Shown in pieces: positions 21,902 to 34,591 of a DNA stretch of 48,020 bases. Source of the DNA: Vezdaea acicularis (lineage: Eukaryota); contig JAPEUI010000056.1 in NCBI GenBank assembly GCA_026025075.1, forward strand, positions 62,001 to 110,020. The letters are read 5' to 3'. Position 1 is the stretch's first letter. Each line of letters starts with the position of its first letter. The position numbers were made by a program, and so were the translations under genes. Below the pieces are notes generated by a model. It saw nothing but the letters and a program-made list of their open reading frames with translations. It made no database searches and had not been told where the DNA came from.

Positions 21902-24157
21902 TCAACGCTCAGCTGGCGGTTTCCTCATTGCAGTCTTCACATCCCAACTTTCGAGAAAGTTATTCGCATCCTGGATAGCGTCATCGACATCAGTCATGTC
22001 TCCCTTTTCAGAGATGCCGGGTGATCCACGATGTATGATCTCCCCATCTGGGGTGATTGAAAAGGAGGGCACAGGAGATGATAGCCTTGTTGCACGCCTT
22101 AAGGCGCTTTTTAGACTGCCTTTATGTGGCAGCTTGGTTGTATCCATTTGAGCAGAATCGAAACCAGATTGTTGTGTCGACTCTGGAGTGTCCATATCCA
22201 GCCCAGTGCTCTTAAAGCTTACGTCTTGACTTGTATCTTGCATGACGATGTCTCCTTCCGCTTGAACAGATGCTGGTGGCGCAAAAGAGGCTCTCCTTTT
22301 CTCTTTCGGCTTGCATGCTTTCTCGGCTGGGCTTACATTCGACGGTAACTCTGCATCCTGGAAGAGTAGTGTGTCCACAGATGGTGACGGCGCCTGGCGA
22401 GTGATGACCACCGCGACATTCGAGAGTGATTGACTTGATGGAGGTGTATTGAATGAACTGAAGACATCGTCGTTTTCACCGATGGTCATTGGGCCGGACC
22501 AAACCCTATTTTTCCGCTCTGTAGGCGGGGAAGGCAAAGAGGAGTTGGTCGGGATGTGCGTTGTTGGGGACTCAATCGCATCTAAAGATGAACGACGAAC
22601 TTTTGTAGTTGCGGCTTGTGGAGAAGCCTCATTTGTGTTGCTTGCTGGCACGGCATTCGTGGTAAACCTAGGAGTGTCGTTGCGAGTAAAATGGATAGAC
22701 TTGAATATCTCTGCCTGTAATGTCTGGGAAAGTTGTTCCTCTAAAGTAGAGTCGTCTGCATCCGGCAGTGAGTAATTATGCTCCTCCGCCGGCGAGTAGT
22801 GTGGTGTTGCAGGAAGATATTCATTCAAGCCGAAGCTGCTTGCACGAGACATGGACGAACGGATACTCAAATTAGTGGTCGAAGGAGATGGCAGAAGAGT
22901 AGATGGAACTATCTTGTCGATCTGTGGCTTCTCATAGCCATGGCCAAAGTTATCCGACCTTTGCTGGTTCGCATCACCACTTGTAGAGTCAATCTCGTCT
23001 TCAACGATCGTCCTGGATCGAGGATTCCCTCTCTTTCCTCCTTTCGGCCCCTTCAAATTCTTGACCGAACGATGTTCGTCTTTAGGGAAGTCGGATGAAT
23101 TTGGCGTTAGGTGTGAGGAATGATTCTCCTCACTTGGTACTGTGTCCATCTCTGGTGGTCCAAGATCTCTACGAGATGCTTGAGCTTCCTTCCTTGAAAC
23201 CAGACGTCGTCTTTTAGGGGTGCTCGGTATTGCGGTCATTTGGGCATCCTTTTCCCTATTTGTAGCCTCCTCATCTTGCCGCTCTGACGACGTTTCCAGC
23301 TGTTTTGCCTCCCAAGCTTTTGCGGCGGCTTGTAAGGCTAACTTCTTTGCGGCAAGAAGGCCTAATAGAACCTTTGGTGAAGCAAGGTGCAGAGGAATTT
23401 CTTGGAACGTGACAAGCTCTGACTTCGCTTGCTCGCCACTGGCTTTGGGTGAGACTGCACCATCTTCCTGCCATACGTCTCGTGGGAGTTCACTGGTAGG
23501 ATAGGATTCGTTCGGACGCAGAGCACCAGATGGTTTATTTCCTCCCTGCTTTGTCTTCTTTGAATCAGTTCCCATTGAACTTCTGCTCTTTGATGACTCT
23601 AACGGGAGGTTGGAAGCTTGGCCATGCTGGGGATCTTGTAGAAGCGGTCTACTATCATTTTCATATGAAATTGAGCGGTATCCCTCAGCACCCGCCGTTA
23701 CCTTCTGCCCGTCCACAGCCGGTTCCCTGTTATTGATTTCGAAGTGTGCCCGGTTTGAGGGCTGAGCAGCAGTCTTAGCGTTTACGTTCTCGTTGAAACC
23801 CTGCTGTTGTGATACCTGCTGTTGCAGTACGATATTCGGCTGCTCCTTCTCAGGTCGAGAGACGTCATGCTCTTTCGACTTTTTGGGGCGGTTTGCATCC
23901 GAAGTTGCGCCATATGCGCCTTTCCTCCGGCTCCAAGGATTGCCCCAGCCGTTACTGAAAGGGCCCTTCAATGCCGCGGAAAATATGAGCGGTAATTGTC
24001 CATCCAGATATGCCCTTGCTTTGTGTTCAATCCTACGGCGCTTCGCAGAGCGTTCCTCGCAATCATTATCGCTGTCGGATTCTTGTAGGATTATATCAGA
24101 AGCAGACGGCGAGAGTGGTTCGAAATTAACATCATAAGGGGTTTGCCAGTAAGACAT
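21902..24157 (-). CDS. Conserved fungal protein of unknown function, largely disordered (often mislabelled 'protamine P1')
   Basis: ORF of about 750 codons, first ATG at 24157 (start uncertain). Ordered-looking N motif RRIEHKARAYLDGQLPLIFSAALKGPFSNGWGNPW and C motif DVDDAIQDANNFLESWDV. Confidence 0.75.
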   Translation of the reverse strand: MSYWQTPYDVNFEPLSPSASDIILQESDSDNDCEERSAKRRRIEHKARAYLDGQLPLIFSAALKGPFSNGWGNPWSRRKGAYGATSDANRPKKSKEHDVSRPEKEQPNIVLQQQVSQQQGFNENVNAKTAAQPSNRAHFEINNREPAVDGQKVTAGAEGYRSISYENDSRPLLQDPQHGQASNLPLESSKSRSSMGTDSKKTKQGGNKPSGALRPNESYPTSELPRDVWQEDGAVSPKASGEQAKSELVTFQEIPLHLASPKVLLGLLAAKKLALQAAAKAWEAKQLETSSERQDEEATNREKDAQMTAIPSTPKRRRLVSRKEAQASRRDLGPPEMDTVPSEENHSSHLTPNSSDFPKDEHRSVKNLKGPKGGKRGNPRSRTIVEDEIDSTSGDANQQRSDNFGHGYEKPQIDKIVPSTLLPSPSTTNLSIRSSMSRASSFGLNEYLPATPHYSPAEEHNYSLPDADDSTLEEQLSQTLQAEIFKSIHFTRNDTPRFTTNAVPASNTNEASPQAATTKVRRSSLDAIESPTTHIPTNSSLPSPPTERKNRVWSGPMTIGENDDVFSSFNTPPSSQSLSNVAVVITRQAPSPSVDTLLFQDAELPSNVSPAEKACKPKEKRRASFAPPASVQAEGDIVMQDTSQDVSFKSTGLDMDTPESTQQSGFDSAQMDTTKLPHKGSLKSALRRATRLSSPVPSFSITPDGEIIHRGSPGISEKGDMTDVDDAIQDANNFLESWDVKTAMRKPPAER

Positions 24158-24853
24158 CTCAATACCTTCTATGAGGTGAGACAATCTTGCTCTCTGGGTG
24201 ACTGACTTCCCATCAAGTCCTTTGCAACGGCGCCCCCACAGCTGTTAAGGAGAAGGCACCGACATTACGTTTGCTGTTTCTGGAGCGGTGAGGAATTATA
24301 CTTTTCCCGCGATGAGCGCCCCTGGCAGCTCCGCGAAGGAACGCGTTTTCGCGACAGGGGTCATTTAACGCTTGAAGACCGCGCACGTGGCTCCCAATCA
24401 CTGCTCCGGAAAATGAGATGATCACGCCTCGAACAAATGATTGAGTAAAAGTTCAATGGATACAATATATCATCGGGCCGTTTTCAATTGAACAATACTT
24501 TGCAGTGTTGAAACTCGTTGTGGTGATTGGCTGGCGATTTCGAGACTCGCTTCCGAATGTAAACAACGTTCTTCTTGAGGAGAGAATGGATAAACCACTA
24601 GACAATTACACGGACCATATCAGCGCGAAGTTCGCGACATCTCAGCAAGTATTGAGTTATCTTCAGAGCTACCTCTTATTCCTTGCGCTCTTTTTGAGTA
24701 ATCATCCCTATTTCGGCATCGACACAAGACAAGGAAGTTCCGATGTCAACAAACCAAGATGTCCCTCGATATCGTCGCACCTAAAGGCCAAGCTTAGCCT
24801 TAAGTCCAGTCAGATCTTGATGAAAGCTCCCAGAGCATCCACTGAGTGCAAAA

Positions 24854-27800
24854 ATGGAGCCCTGGAATGATGCATTATCTGAAGACTGGGTTTCTCAGTC
24901 CCGGTCATCGCCTCTGTCCCTTCCCAGCAGCGTTCCTCTGTCATTCGATCAGTCGGACTTCGGAAGTGACCCTCCGAAGAGCCGTATTCCTCAATTGAAG
25001 CATTTGAGCCGAAGACTAACATCCTCCACAACATCAGGGGGCCCACGAGCGTCCCTAGCTAAAGGAGAAGCCGGAGGTTCTGAAAGGGTTCTCCGGCGGA
25101 GCGCAGGAAACCGAGCATCAGCACATCGTTCCTACGACGCGAGATCACAACCCGGACGTTCGGAAGGACGTGGACCGGGACAGGAATCTCAAGCAGCATC
25201 CTTCTCTAGCAATCAGACTACGCAACAACACACTGTGCAACATAAATCTCCATCCCAGTCTCCAGGCAAAGATGGTCATGGGATGGGAACACCTGAATGG
25301 CGGAAGAGACTACTGAAAGGCGACACCAGCTATGGAGACAAAACTGACCTCTTCAGTCCATCGGGACTTGAGAATATATTTCGACCCCCACTAAGACAAA
25401 CGGCGAGAAGTAAACGGGTGGGTCTCACAAAAGAGAGGTTTATAACATTCCATAACCCACCCCTTGCCGAAGAGACAGACGGTCCGGATGATCCACACCT
25501 ACAAGATGCCCGCTGTATTTTAGGGACGAAGGATGATGAAGGACTAAAGGAGAACATTCCACCGCCGCAGGATACCTTCGATCAAACCCTGGGAGAAGAT
25601 AGTGAGTTCAACCCGATCGCCACAAGCACGTGGAGAGAGGATCCACAAGGGAGAGCGACGGTGCTTGGCGCATTTGGGGTAGATGCTGGCCAATCAACTA
25701 CGCCTAGGATGGCTTCAGGGTTACAAAGCTCTAGCAACCGATCTACAAATCAACGTCAAGATTCTGACCGTCAAGGCGAGGATAGCAATGAAGACATCAG
25801 CCCAATTTTCATCTCTCGGCATAATACAGTTGACGGTAAGATTAACTATGCAGCCCTTGACCTTGCAGACGGCACGCCACAACCTCTATCAAATTGGTCT
25901 TCTCGAAGATATGACGAAGAGAATACTTCGAGAAGCTCACCAGCTTTGCCTTCCTGGAGAGACGAAGACATAGAAAGCTCTAGGCTCTTGCCACCTTTTA
26001 ACTCTTCTGAATTCCTAGATGTCACTTCCTGCAGAGGATTTATTAGCGTCAAACGAGGGGGCTTTTCGAGCGAAGGCTCCTTTCAACGCCGAAATCTAAG
26101 CCCGTCATCTCTGCCAGCTTCTGTGAAGTCCGATGAACTGGATCAGTCTGTAGAGCAAAGGCAGGAAGATATGGATGAAGAAGCGTCAAGAAAGCCCTTA
26201 GGCAGTCCGATGAGGCTGTTCGCCCCCAATTATGATAGTTTCACCCGCGATAAGCTTTCAAGACGACTCTCGCACATAGAGGATACCATGTATATCGAAG
26301 AGAAAGGGGATAATACGAATGATTGCGATGGCTCCGATCAACTTGTCGTCAACAGATCTGGAGAGCATCAAGAGGAGATGGCGGAGTTTTCACTCGCGGG
26401 TGCTTCGCAGCTTAGCCTTCCGCCACTTTATGCTGCAAACCCACGAACCAACGATGCTAGTCAACGCACAGCTAGTTTTGGAGATGGCCGACTGGATAAA
26501 TATACATTTCATGAAGACTCGTCGTTCGGCTCATTGAAGGAGTACAGCCAAGAGTCGGATTCGACTCCACCTGCCCCGAAGCCCCTACAGCGTGAAGGGT
26601 CCAAATTCAAGTTCAACCTCTCATCTTCACCTTCCGAGCAAGCGTCGTTGCCGTCTCGAAACATTCTTCGTACGAAAGTTATCGCATCTAAAACGCTGTA
26701 CAGTAATGTAGCCGAAACCGTCGCCCTTAAGAAAGTTAACGACACTACGGCCCTACCCAGCGAAAAGGGAGTTCCTGAATACGCATATATTTCGGGCTAC
26801 ACGAATTCCGGCTACTTCGTTGATGGCTCAGGTACCAAGGGCAAACGAGCTCCTATGTCACCTGCCAGAGGTCCAGTCGCCAAGAAACGACGCACACTCA
26901 ATGCTGACGATGTCGAAGCTACGAAAGAAGCGCTTATAAGCAGTAATTTAGTGGCGGAAAACCATCGGCAGATGCAATCCATCACCGGAAAAAGAAAGGA
27001 TGCCAGATATGAAGATGACCAATCTGTTGCAAAGCCAGAGATTGTAGCAAGACGCCAGATTTTGAAGCCGCGAGCACTTAGCACTAAGAAGTCAACTTGT
27101 AACAATCAAACCAATCGAACTTCGTCTTCAGCTGAGCCGTACAAGATGAATGAGGCTCATTTAGCTCTCGAAGCACGTGTAGCTGCTGCAGAGGATCAGT
27201 TAAATGCTATGGGAATCGGTCAAAAGATGGCGGAGGATAGGCGTAAGGGCTCAGTGACAACTCAGGATTTCTTAGATGAAGCCACCAGAGTGATGGAGTT
27301 TATCCGTGCGCGTAACCGGCCTCGCAGTGGTCTTACCAGCTTGGAGGAATCAGACATGGAAAGCCAAAGACAAGGAGAAAGTAGTGTTCACAGACTCGAG
27401 AGCGAAATCTTGTTAGAGGAAGATGAGTCAACGCGAGAAGAATTTTCGAGACCACCAAGTCGGGAGGGAAGTCGGGCACTTCCAGTCAAGCAACTGAAAG
27501 AGCTCGATCCTAGGATCTTGAGTCATCTACAAAAGTACAAAGATTCCGAGTCTTCTGGGATTCCCAGTTCTTCGATCGAAACTTTAGGGGTTGGAAATAA
27601 CAACGGCGCCTCCGTCAAACCAGGCCTTGAAGCTGCAACAAGAGCAGCATCCCCTGAATTTGAAAGTCAACCTCCGAATATTCGTATCACCCATCACACA
27701 GCGTCATCGAATACGAGAAAGCACCTTGAGAATGCAAACTCCCACAACAGACCCAATCAGGACCAAGCATTGAATTCTCATGGATCCGGCTCTTCATCTC

Positions 27801-30610
27801 AGCCGTCATCAATACGGTCGATACCAACCGGCTCCTCATCACGGTCAAATACTAAACAGAATATTGCACCGGGGACTATCACGCACTTAATCCCTGGACA
27901 AGTGGCAGGCATGGTATACGACGGTTCTCTACAGAGGTGGGTGAAGGCTAAATCTCTAAGTGAGAAGAGAGAGGCCATGGAAGCAAGAAAAGGCGAAGAT
28001 GATAGTGAGGACGATCCTTTTGGAGGAATTCCAGACCTATCGGTCAATGAATTAGAAGAGCTTGAGAGAATCAAACTTGCGGCTCAAGAGCGACGAGCTG
28101 AAGAAGGTGCCGTTAGTGGGCTCTTCGGACCAATATCTGGAATCGAAGGAGAACGCGCTGTTCCAGAAGCACCACCCACTGAGGGAAATGACCCTACAAT
28201 CTCTCGTCCTCATACACGGGACGGCACTATGCCGCGGCCAACAGAGTCAAGCTCAGTACCTTCTAAGATATCAAGGTTTGCTTCAAGTGGTCCTGTGCCA
28301 GAGACACGTGCAACATCTTGGGGAGATACTATCGATGGAGCACCATGGAAACAGAGCCCGATTCACCCAAGGGCCACCGTCATGGTCCAGGAAGATCAAG
28401 GAGATGTTGAAACCGTGGAACATGAGATCCAACATGACGAGGGACGTCAACCTCATGGGCATGACCTTGGCAGCGCAACATTGCATCAACTTCGCAGGAG
28501 CGTAACCGTCGCCTTCTCTTCGCCATTAGTCTCACGATCCCTTGACTTTGAGCCTGATGGAGACCAAGTAAGGAAGCAAGAAATTTGGGCTGAAACAAGC
28601 CATGCCGATTTGAGCGATTCTATTGTTGACCAATATCTTGATATTGAGCACTCATTCGTGAGTGATACTGGATCTGACAGACGACGGTCGGTCAGCTTGA
28701 CCTCAATCTCAGCCTATAAGGGACCACCTTGTCGCGTTTCTTTTGGGGGACAATCTTTTCCTGCTCGTCCCGTTTCCAGAATTGAGGAGCAGACTGAAGA
28801 TTCCGTCATGACCGTAAGGCGTAATGAGAGGGCCAAAGCTAGCTTTAATGTCACTGTCACTACTCCCCTTCCCGTCCGTTCGGTTGACCGATGCCACACC
28901 AGCGACCGCAAATCACATCTCACGTTCCACTTAAGCCCTCTCCCGGATTTCACGATCAACCAGATTGATGAGTCCTTCAATCTTGACGTGGAGCACGTTG
29001 CCAAGCACCGGGGGCTCTTGTCCATGCGGGATGTTGAAACCAGTTACGCTCTGCAAACGGAACGTTTGGTTAAACATATTACAGACATTCAACCGTACGA
29101 ACCATATTGGGACTATCTCCAGGAGGTGCAGTTGCAGCGCAAGGGTTTGATTACATTATGTAAACTTGATCAATTCTGCGGCCGTATTGAGAGGCTGGAC
29201 GTCTCTGAGAATGAGCTCGGTCAGGTCCATGGCGTACCAAACAGCATCCGTGATCTGAAGATATCTCGCAACTGCCTGTCAAACCTGACGGCATGGGCGC
29301 ATCTAATCAATCTGCAATATCTCGACGTTTCTCACAACGAAATTGAAGATCTTTCGTGCTTCAGTATGCTCATACACCTGCGGGAACTGAAGGCGGACGA
29401 CAATAAGGTCTCTTCGCTTCAAGGCGCCTTTGGGATGAACGGCCTAGTCAGCTTGAAATTGAGACGAAATTGTCTCAAGGTGATCGACTTCGTGGGGGCG
29501 AATTTGTAAGTTCTTGGAAGGCGGCTTATCTTTGGAGACTACTAATGATATCAAAGGACGAGACTCACCGACTTTAACGTCCAAGGCAATCAACTCTACA
29601 GCGTTCGAAATTTGCACCATCTTTCTACACTGACTAATCTCGATTTAAGTGATAATCACCTCGAGAGCTTCTCTGGCGACCCAAAGACTCCACACCCCAA
29701 TCTCAAGACGTTGAGGCTCACCAACAACAAGCTTCATTCCCTCGATGTCCATGCTTTCCCCGACCTGCGCACTATCTACATAGACAATAACTTCCTAACC
29801 ACAGTCGAAGGTCTCCGTAGAACAACCCACCTAGACAGCCTCTCAGTCCGCCAACAATCGCCTCCACTCGACCCAGACGCTTCGACGAGCCTCGACATAA
29901 ACATCTACTACGAAGTCCGCAAGCTTTATCTATCTAGCAATACTGTCCCCACCCTAGATCCCATCATCCCCTTCCTCAATCTGCAATACCTCGAGCTCGC
30001 CAACTCCGGCCTGCAAAACCTTCCACCTTCTTTCGGGAGTTTCTTCCCGAATGTAAGAGTATTAAACCTGAACTTCAATGCTTTGAGGGACATCCGTCCA
30101 CTATCTAAGATCACAAGGCTCAAGAAGTTATTCCTCGCCGGAAACCGCCTTACGAGGCTGAGAAAGACCACCACGATATTAGAGAGGTTCCGGTGGTTGA
30201 CTAGAGTCGATTTGAGGAATAATCCACTCACGCTGGGATTCTACCCGCCGCTCACAGAGAGCCGGATCATTGTGCACAAGGAGTCTGAGCCTGTAGACCA
30301 AGGCTTGATGCTTGACCCTTACATTCTCCAGGATGCGGACCCCGAGAAAGACGCAGCATACAAAGCGCGCTTGGACCTGGATACTAAAATGAGGCGAAGA
30401 GTGTACGAGATGCTGATTGCAAGTGGTTGTTCCGGACTGAGGGTCCTCGACGGCTTGAGATGGGAACGGGAGCGCGCCGTGGAGAGGGATGAGGTATGGA
30501 CCAAGTTGGTCGAAATGGGTGTAGTGAAAGATACTGAAGGGGAGACTCCTGCTGAGGGAGAGGCGGTGGAGGAGACCGCCCAGAAGAGTTCTGGCAAGGT
30601 TTCTCCTTAG
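24854..30610 (+). CDS. cdc11: Septation initiation network / spindle pole body scaffold Cdc11 (Nud1/SepK-like), leucine-rich repeat protein
   Basis: join(24854..29505,29557..30610). N-terminal WNDALSEDW, TPEWRKRL..DLFSPSGLENIF, VTTQDFLDEA; many C-terminal LRRs ending in LDGL. Confidence 0.88.
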
Positions 30611-30991
30611 GAATGTTAAGAGTCTGCGGTCTGGCGTTCCATCAGGTTGTAGGGAATGATTCACGAGTTTCTTGTTCGTCACAGGTATCGGGCATTGATG
30701 GTGTAAAGCGGCGTGGTAGATTTTTTACCGGGTCCTCATATGCAGGACAGCACTTTCAAAGAACTCTTGGCATAGATTACCCGCATTGATGCTCTGCGCT
30801 ACTACTGATTCGTGACTGAAAAGAATTGACCACCCCCAAAAGCAGATCTTTTTTTGAAGGCTGACAACAGAAAATGTGGTATGGGAGCTCCAAGTTATTG
30901 CTCATTGCCTTGGCTTCTCATCGTGATCTAGCAGCAACCAAAAATGCAGGTCTATATCCAACAGGCTTCCTTTCTAAACCACCATGGTGGC

Positions 30992-32824
30992 TTACTGGAC
31001 ATGCTGCTCCTTAGGCAGTCTAGGCAGCATCAACCACAACCCCGTGATACCCGCGAAGATGGCAAGAATGACAGGCTGTAGCACCTGCACACCCTTTGCC
31101 TGAGCCAACGCTCCCACAGCAAAAGGGAAAATCGCGCCCCCACCGCCACCGAAAGCGGCCGCAAACCCAATGGCGGCGACGTGGAGATGCTTGGGGAGCA
31201 ACTTGGTGGTGGCGACGATGGCTGCGGGGAAGAGCGGGCCGATGAAGAAGCCGAGGAAGGCGACGGCGACGGCGGAGATGATGAATTGTGGGACGAGCCA
31301 GAAGAGGAGTTCTAGACACATGCTGATGCCAAGGTAGATCTACAGGATGGTGTTAGCAAACAGCGCGGGTTTTCGTAGGCGATGTAGGGGGCTACAAACA
31401 ACAATGGCGACTTTCTCTCCAATCTTGGGCGTCACGAAGCCCAAGATCATTCTCCCGACTGTAAGGCCGAGCCAGAAGCCCACCGACGTGATGCCGGAGT
31501 CGAAGGGCGTCCCATGGCGCACACGAATCATGAAGGTGACGATCCAGCCGCCGAGGGCGACCTCGGCGCCGACGTAGCCGAGCAGGAACAACGAACAGAT
31601 CCACGAGACCCGGCTGGACATGGCCTCGCGCGTGCGGCCACCTTTGGCGTTCGTCGTACGCGGGTTGGCGTCGCGATGCCGCTTGGCGGTCTCGGGCCAG
31701 AATACGCTGCTTGCGAAGACGAGCTCGATGGCTGCTAGTCCGATCTAAAAGGGGGGTTGGTAAAAGGAGGGGGAAAGGGGAGGGGTAGGGGGAGACTCAC
31801 CATCACGTAGTAGAAAGCGTACCATGGTAGATGCCCCTTCGTGATCATGGTCGTCGCGATAAGGGGGCTTATTGTAGCGCCCAGGCCGTAACAGGCGTGC
31901 AAGAAGCCGAGCGCTTGGTTCGCATTCGCCATGTTTCCGATCCATGCGTTCCAGGCTGCGTCAAAGAGGCCATTCGCGAATCCGGCAAGCATGTAGATAA
32001 TGACGAGGACAGGGAAAGGCGGGTGTAGACAGAGAGCAAGGTAGGCAGCGAGATGACAGGAGGAGGCCGCGAGCGCTACTCCCCGTTGGCCGAACTTCAT
32101 GTGGATATAGTTGTTGAAGATTGCGGATATTATGAAGCCGAGAACAGGGGAGAGGAAGATCATCGAGACGACGAGGTAGTTGAGGTGGTAGAAAGTCTCG
32201 ATCTAGGGACTTATGAGCTAGATGTCATGGAGTATAGAGAGAGAGTATAGCTGCAAAGCATTCATAATGACGCAAGACTGCCCATGGATACTCGTTGTAG
32301 GGGAAAGGGGCTTCCAAGAAAGCATATCTCTTGAGGACCTCCGAACCCCTCCCCCCCATGGTTGAGCCAACTCTCCTGAATACGCCAGAGAGAGAATCAA
32401 CCCTCTCCATTGAGAATTGATGTGCAGTCTTGCTCATATACGATTGCTTTTGCAAGTCATCCCTCTCAAGAAAAAGTCATACATAAGGAATCAAGGCGCC
32501 ATAGGCAGCATCATTCGCACCCATAACCAGGAAAGTGAAGAAGGTCGCGAAGACCTTCGGGATATTGCTACGAGGGTTATTCCAATTCTGCACAGCACTG
32601 ACCGCCGTGTCAGGCGGTATTATGTTGGCCGTATCTTCCTCATCAGGCGTTGGGCCCAGTCTCACAAGCTCAATTGAGTTCCTAGATGACGGCAGGCGGC
32701 TGGAGGTCGCCGTCGTCGCGACAGGCTCGGGGACAGGAAGAATAAATGCATCGTCATGCGGTTTGGGTGGTTGGAGAACGACGGTTGTCGATGAGCCCGA
32801 ACCATTGTTGAAGAGGGTTGACAT
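30992..32824 (-). CDS. MFS transporter, Bsc6 / fucose-permease-like group
   Basis: complement(join(30992..31339,31400..31744,31801..32202,32483..32824)). Motifs MGANDAAYGALIPY, DAAWNAWIG, LHACYGLGATISP, YVGAEVALGGWIVTFM, GFWLGLTVGR, GPLFP. Confidence 0.9.
32252..32454 (-). other. Structured intronic RNA element in intron 1 of the MFS gene
   Basis: Imperfect ~30-bp closing stem 32252-32285/32420-32454 (perfect core GCAAGACTGC/GCAGTCTTGC) enclosing three hairpins, with G-U pairs on the transcribed strand. Confidence 0.65.
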
Positions 32825-33239
32825 CTCGGGTAAGAACGTCACCAAGGAATTGATTGACGAACTAGAAGGATGAACATCATTCTCCCTTGAGGGAAGATGA
32901 GAGGCTTTTCAACCCATTTCACGATGTCAGGCATTCCGGAAGGAAGCCTGAGTCACTCCATTATTGGTGGCATATTGGGCCCACAGATTATAAATCTGCG
33001 GGTAAGGCCCTGTTAGTGTGTAATCACCATGTAGGGATGTTTGGCCCGAAGTTGCTCCGGCTGCGCCCTGTTCGCCATCTCGTGCACCCACGATCGGCAG
33101 CGATTTACGAATCAGCCTTGAGTGCATCAAACTCTACGATACGTGTCTAATCCAATATGACACCATATTCCTGTACACGCCGAAGTCGCACTCGGTCGAA
33201 ATAGGCGCAGGAAGTTTATACCACTATAGGAAAGCTTCC

Positions 33240-33977
33240 TTAGCTCTTCAGAGCTTGGAGTCTGCCCCTCATCTCGTTCAGCGTCTCTTCCTCGTTGTCT
33301 TCCTCGATAGGCGCAGTCTCTTCTCCCAGTGTATCTGGAACATTTCCGGCCTCTACCTTTCCAAGCTTCCCTTGCAGGATCTCACCAAGAACCTTGTCCA
33401 CTTCTGCCTCGGCCTCCTCGTCTTCTCCCTCCATAAGCTCGCTGTCCGGCAGTGTGTCCTCCACCATCTCCTGTATGATGCCTGCCTTCACCAGCTCCTG
33501 GCTTAGTTCCCTCATCGTCCCTGTGAGCTCTGGTAACCGCACGAGAGTATTGACATCTTTCATGATTCCCGTGCTCGTTTTGATACTGCCTTCGATCTTC
33601 CTAACACCGAAGGCTTCTTGTACCTGCATCTGCACACTTTGAAGCTGTGCCTTCGAGGTAGCTAGCCGCGCAGATTGCTTGCGGATCCGAATTAGCTCTC
33701 GTGCAAAGGTTCTTGTTTCATAGGCCGCCGACTTAGCCTGAGACGGGTTCCTTTGTCCTCGTTTGTTGGCAGCCAGTATATATTGTTTAGTTTTGGACTC
33801 TGCGTTCTTGAGGTTGGCTATATCCCGATCGAGCTTGCGGACGTTGGAGCGGATAAGTTGGTTGCATTTTCTCATCTAGAAACATCAGCTGTTCCATATC
33901 TTCAACTAGAATTCTGTGCAAGATCGTACTTGCGTGGCCGGGTCTGGCTTAAAGAAGACTGCCTTGAGCGACTCCAT
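33240..33977 (-). CDS. VPS24: ESCRT-III subunit Vps24 (CHMP3, Snf7 family)
   Basis: complement(join(33240..33875,33930..33977)). MESLKAVFFKPDPATQ-MRKCNQLIR, SKAQLQSVQMQ, LSQELVKAGII; C-terminal MIM1-like MRGRLQALKS. Confidence 0.95.
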
Positions 33978-34591
33978 GATGAGACTGCTCTTTAGGCGCG
34001 AAAGTGCTCTCAAGGAACTGTTGGACGGGTAGTACTATATGCGCCGATGTGAGAGGCCTGAGTGAACTTCAAGCCGATAAACCTCTCCTAACTGAACGAG
34101 AACATTGGTTTTGGAGCTCAGAATTGGATCTCGTAGGCTGCAGAAGAGCCGGTGACGTTGCGGAAGGGTGAGCCTCGCAATCATATCACCGCGGTACTTG
34201 CGCGCACGATCTGCGATCCACGGCCCTCGATCTGCCCGCTGAACAGTGTATGAGACACATACAACGCAAATCAAACGGAAGAAAACATCCTGGATTTCTC
34301 CAATCAGGAAAGAGAAGCCGAATTAAAGTCTGGTCTTGATGCTGGCAGCCTTCTCCACACTCAGGGTACCGTAGTGGGGCAGTAGCCGTGGGCACACAAC
34401 GTTCCATCGCTTTCCTACGGCTTCGCTTTCTCGCTCCCCTTCCCGCGAATGTAAATGCAAGAACGCTAGCGAATAAATTTCGAGCTTTGCAACAGTCTAC
34501 GTCTTCTCCAGACCGACGTTTACTTCTTACCTCACCTCTCAATCGACCTTCATTTTACACTTTATCCACTTCCACTGCTCGCCTTTGCAAT

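Noticed and set aside
32203..32482. TPP riboswitch or box C/D snoRNA in the MFS intron
   Set aside because: The conserved TPP segments (CTGAGA and the TGAT...TAAT...AGCG region) and C/D boxes are not present on the transcribed strand.
14119..33977. PalI-like gene plus VPS24 as a pH-signalling cluster
   Set aside because: They are about 18 kb apart with unrelated genes between, and the SUR7/PalI protein may not be the true PalI orthologue.
33978..34591. Heat-shock element in the VPS24/SBA1 divergent promoter
   Set aside because: Only heavily mismatched nGAAn arrays were found by eye.
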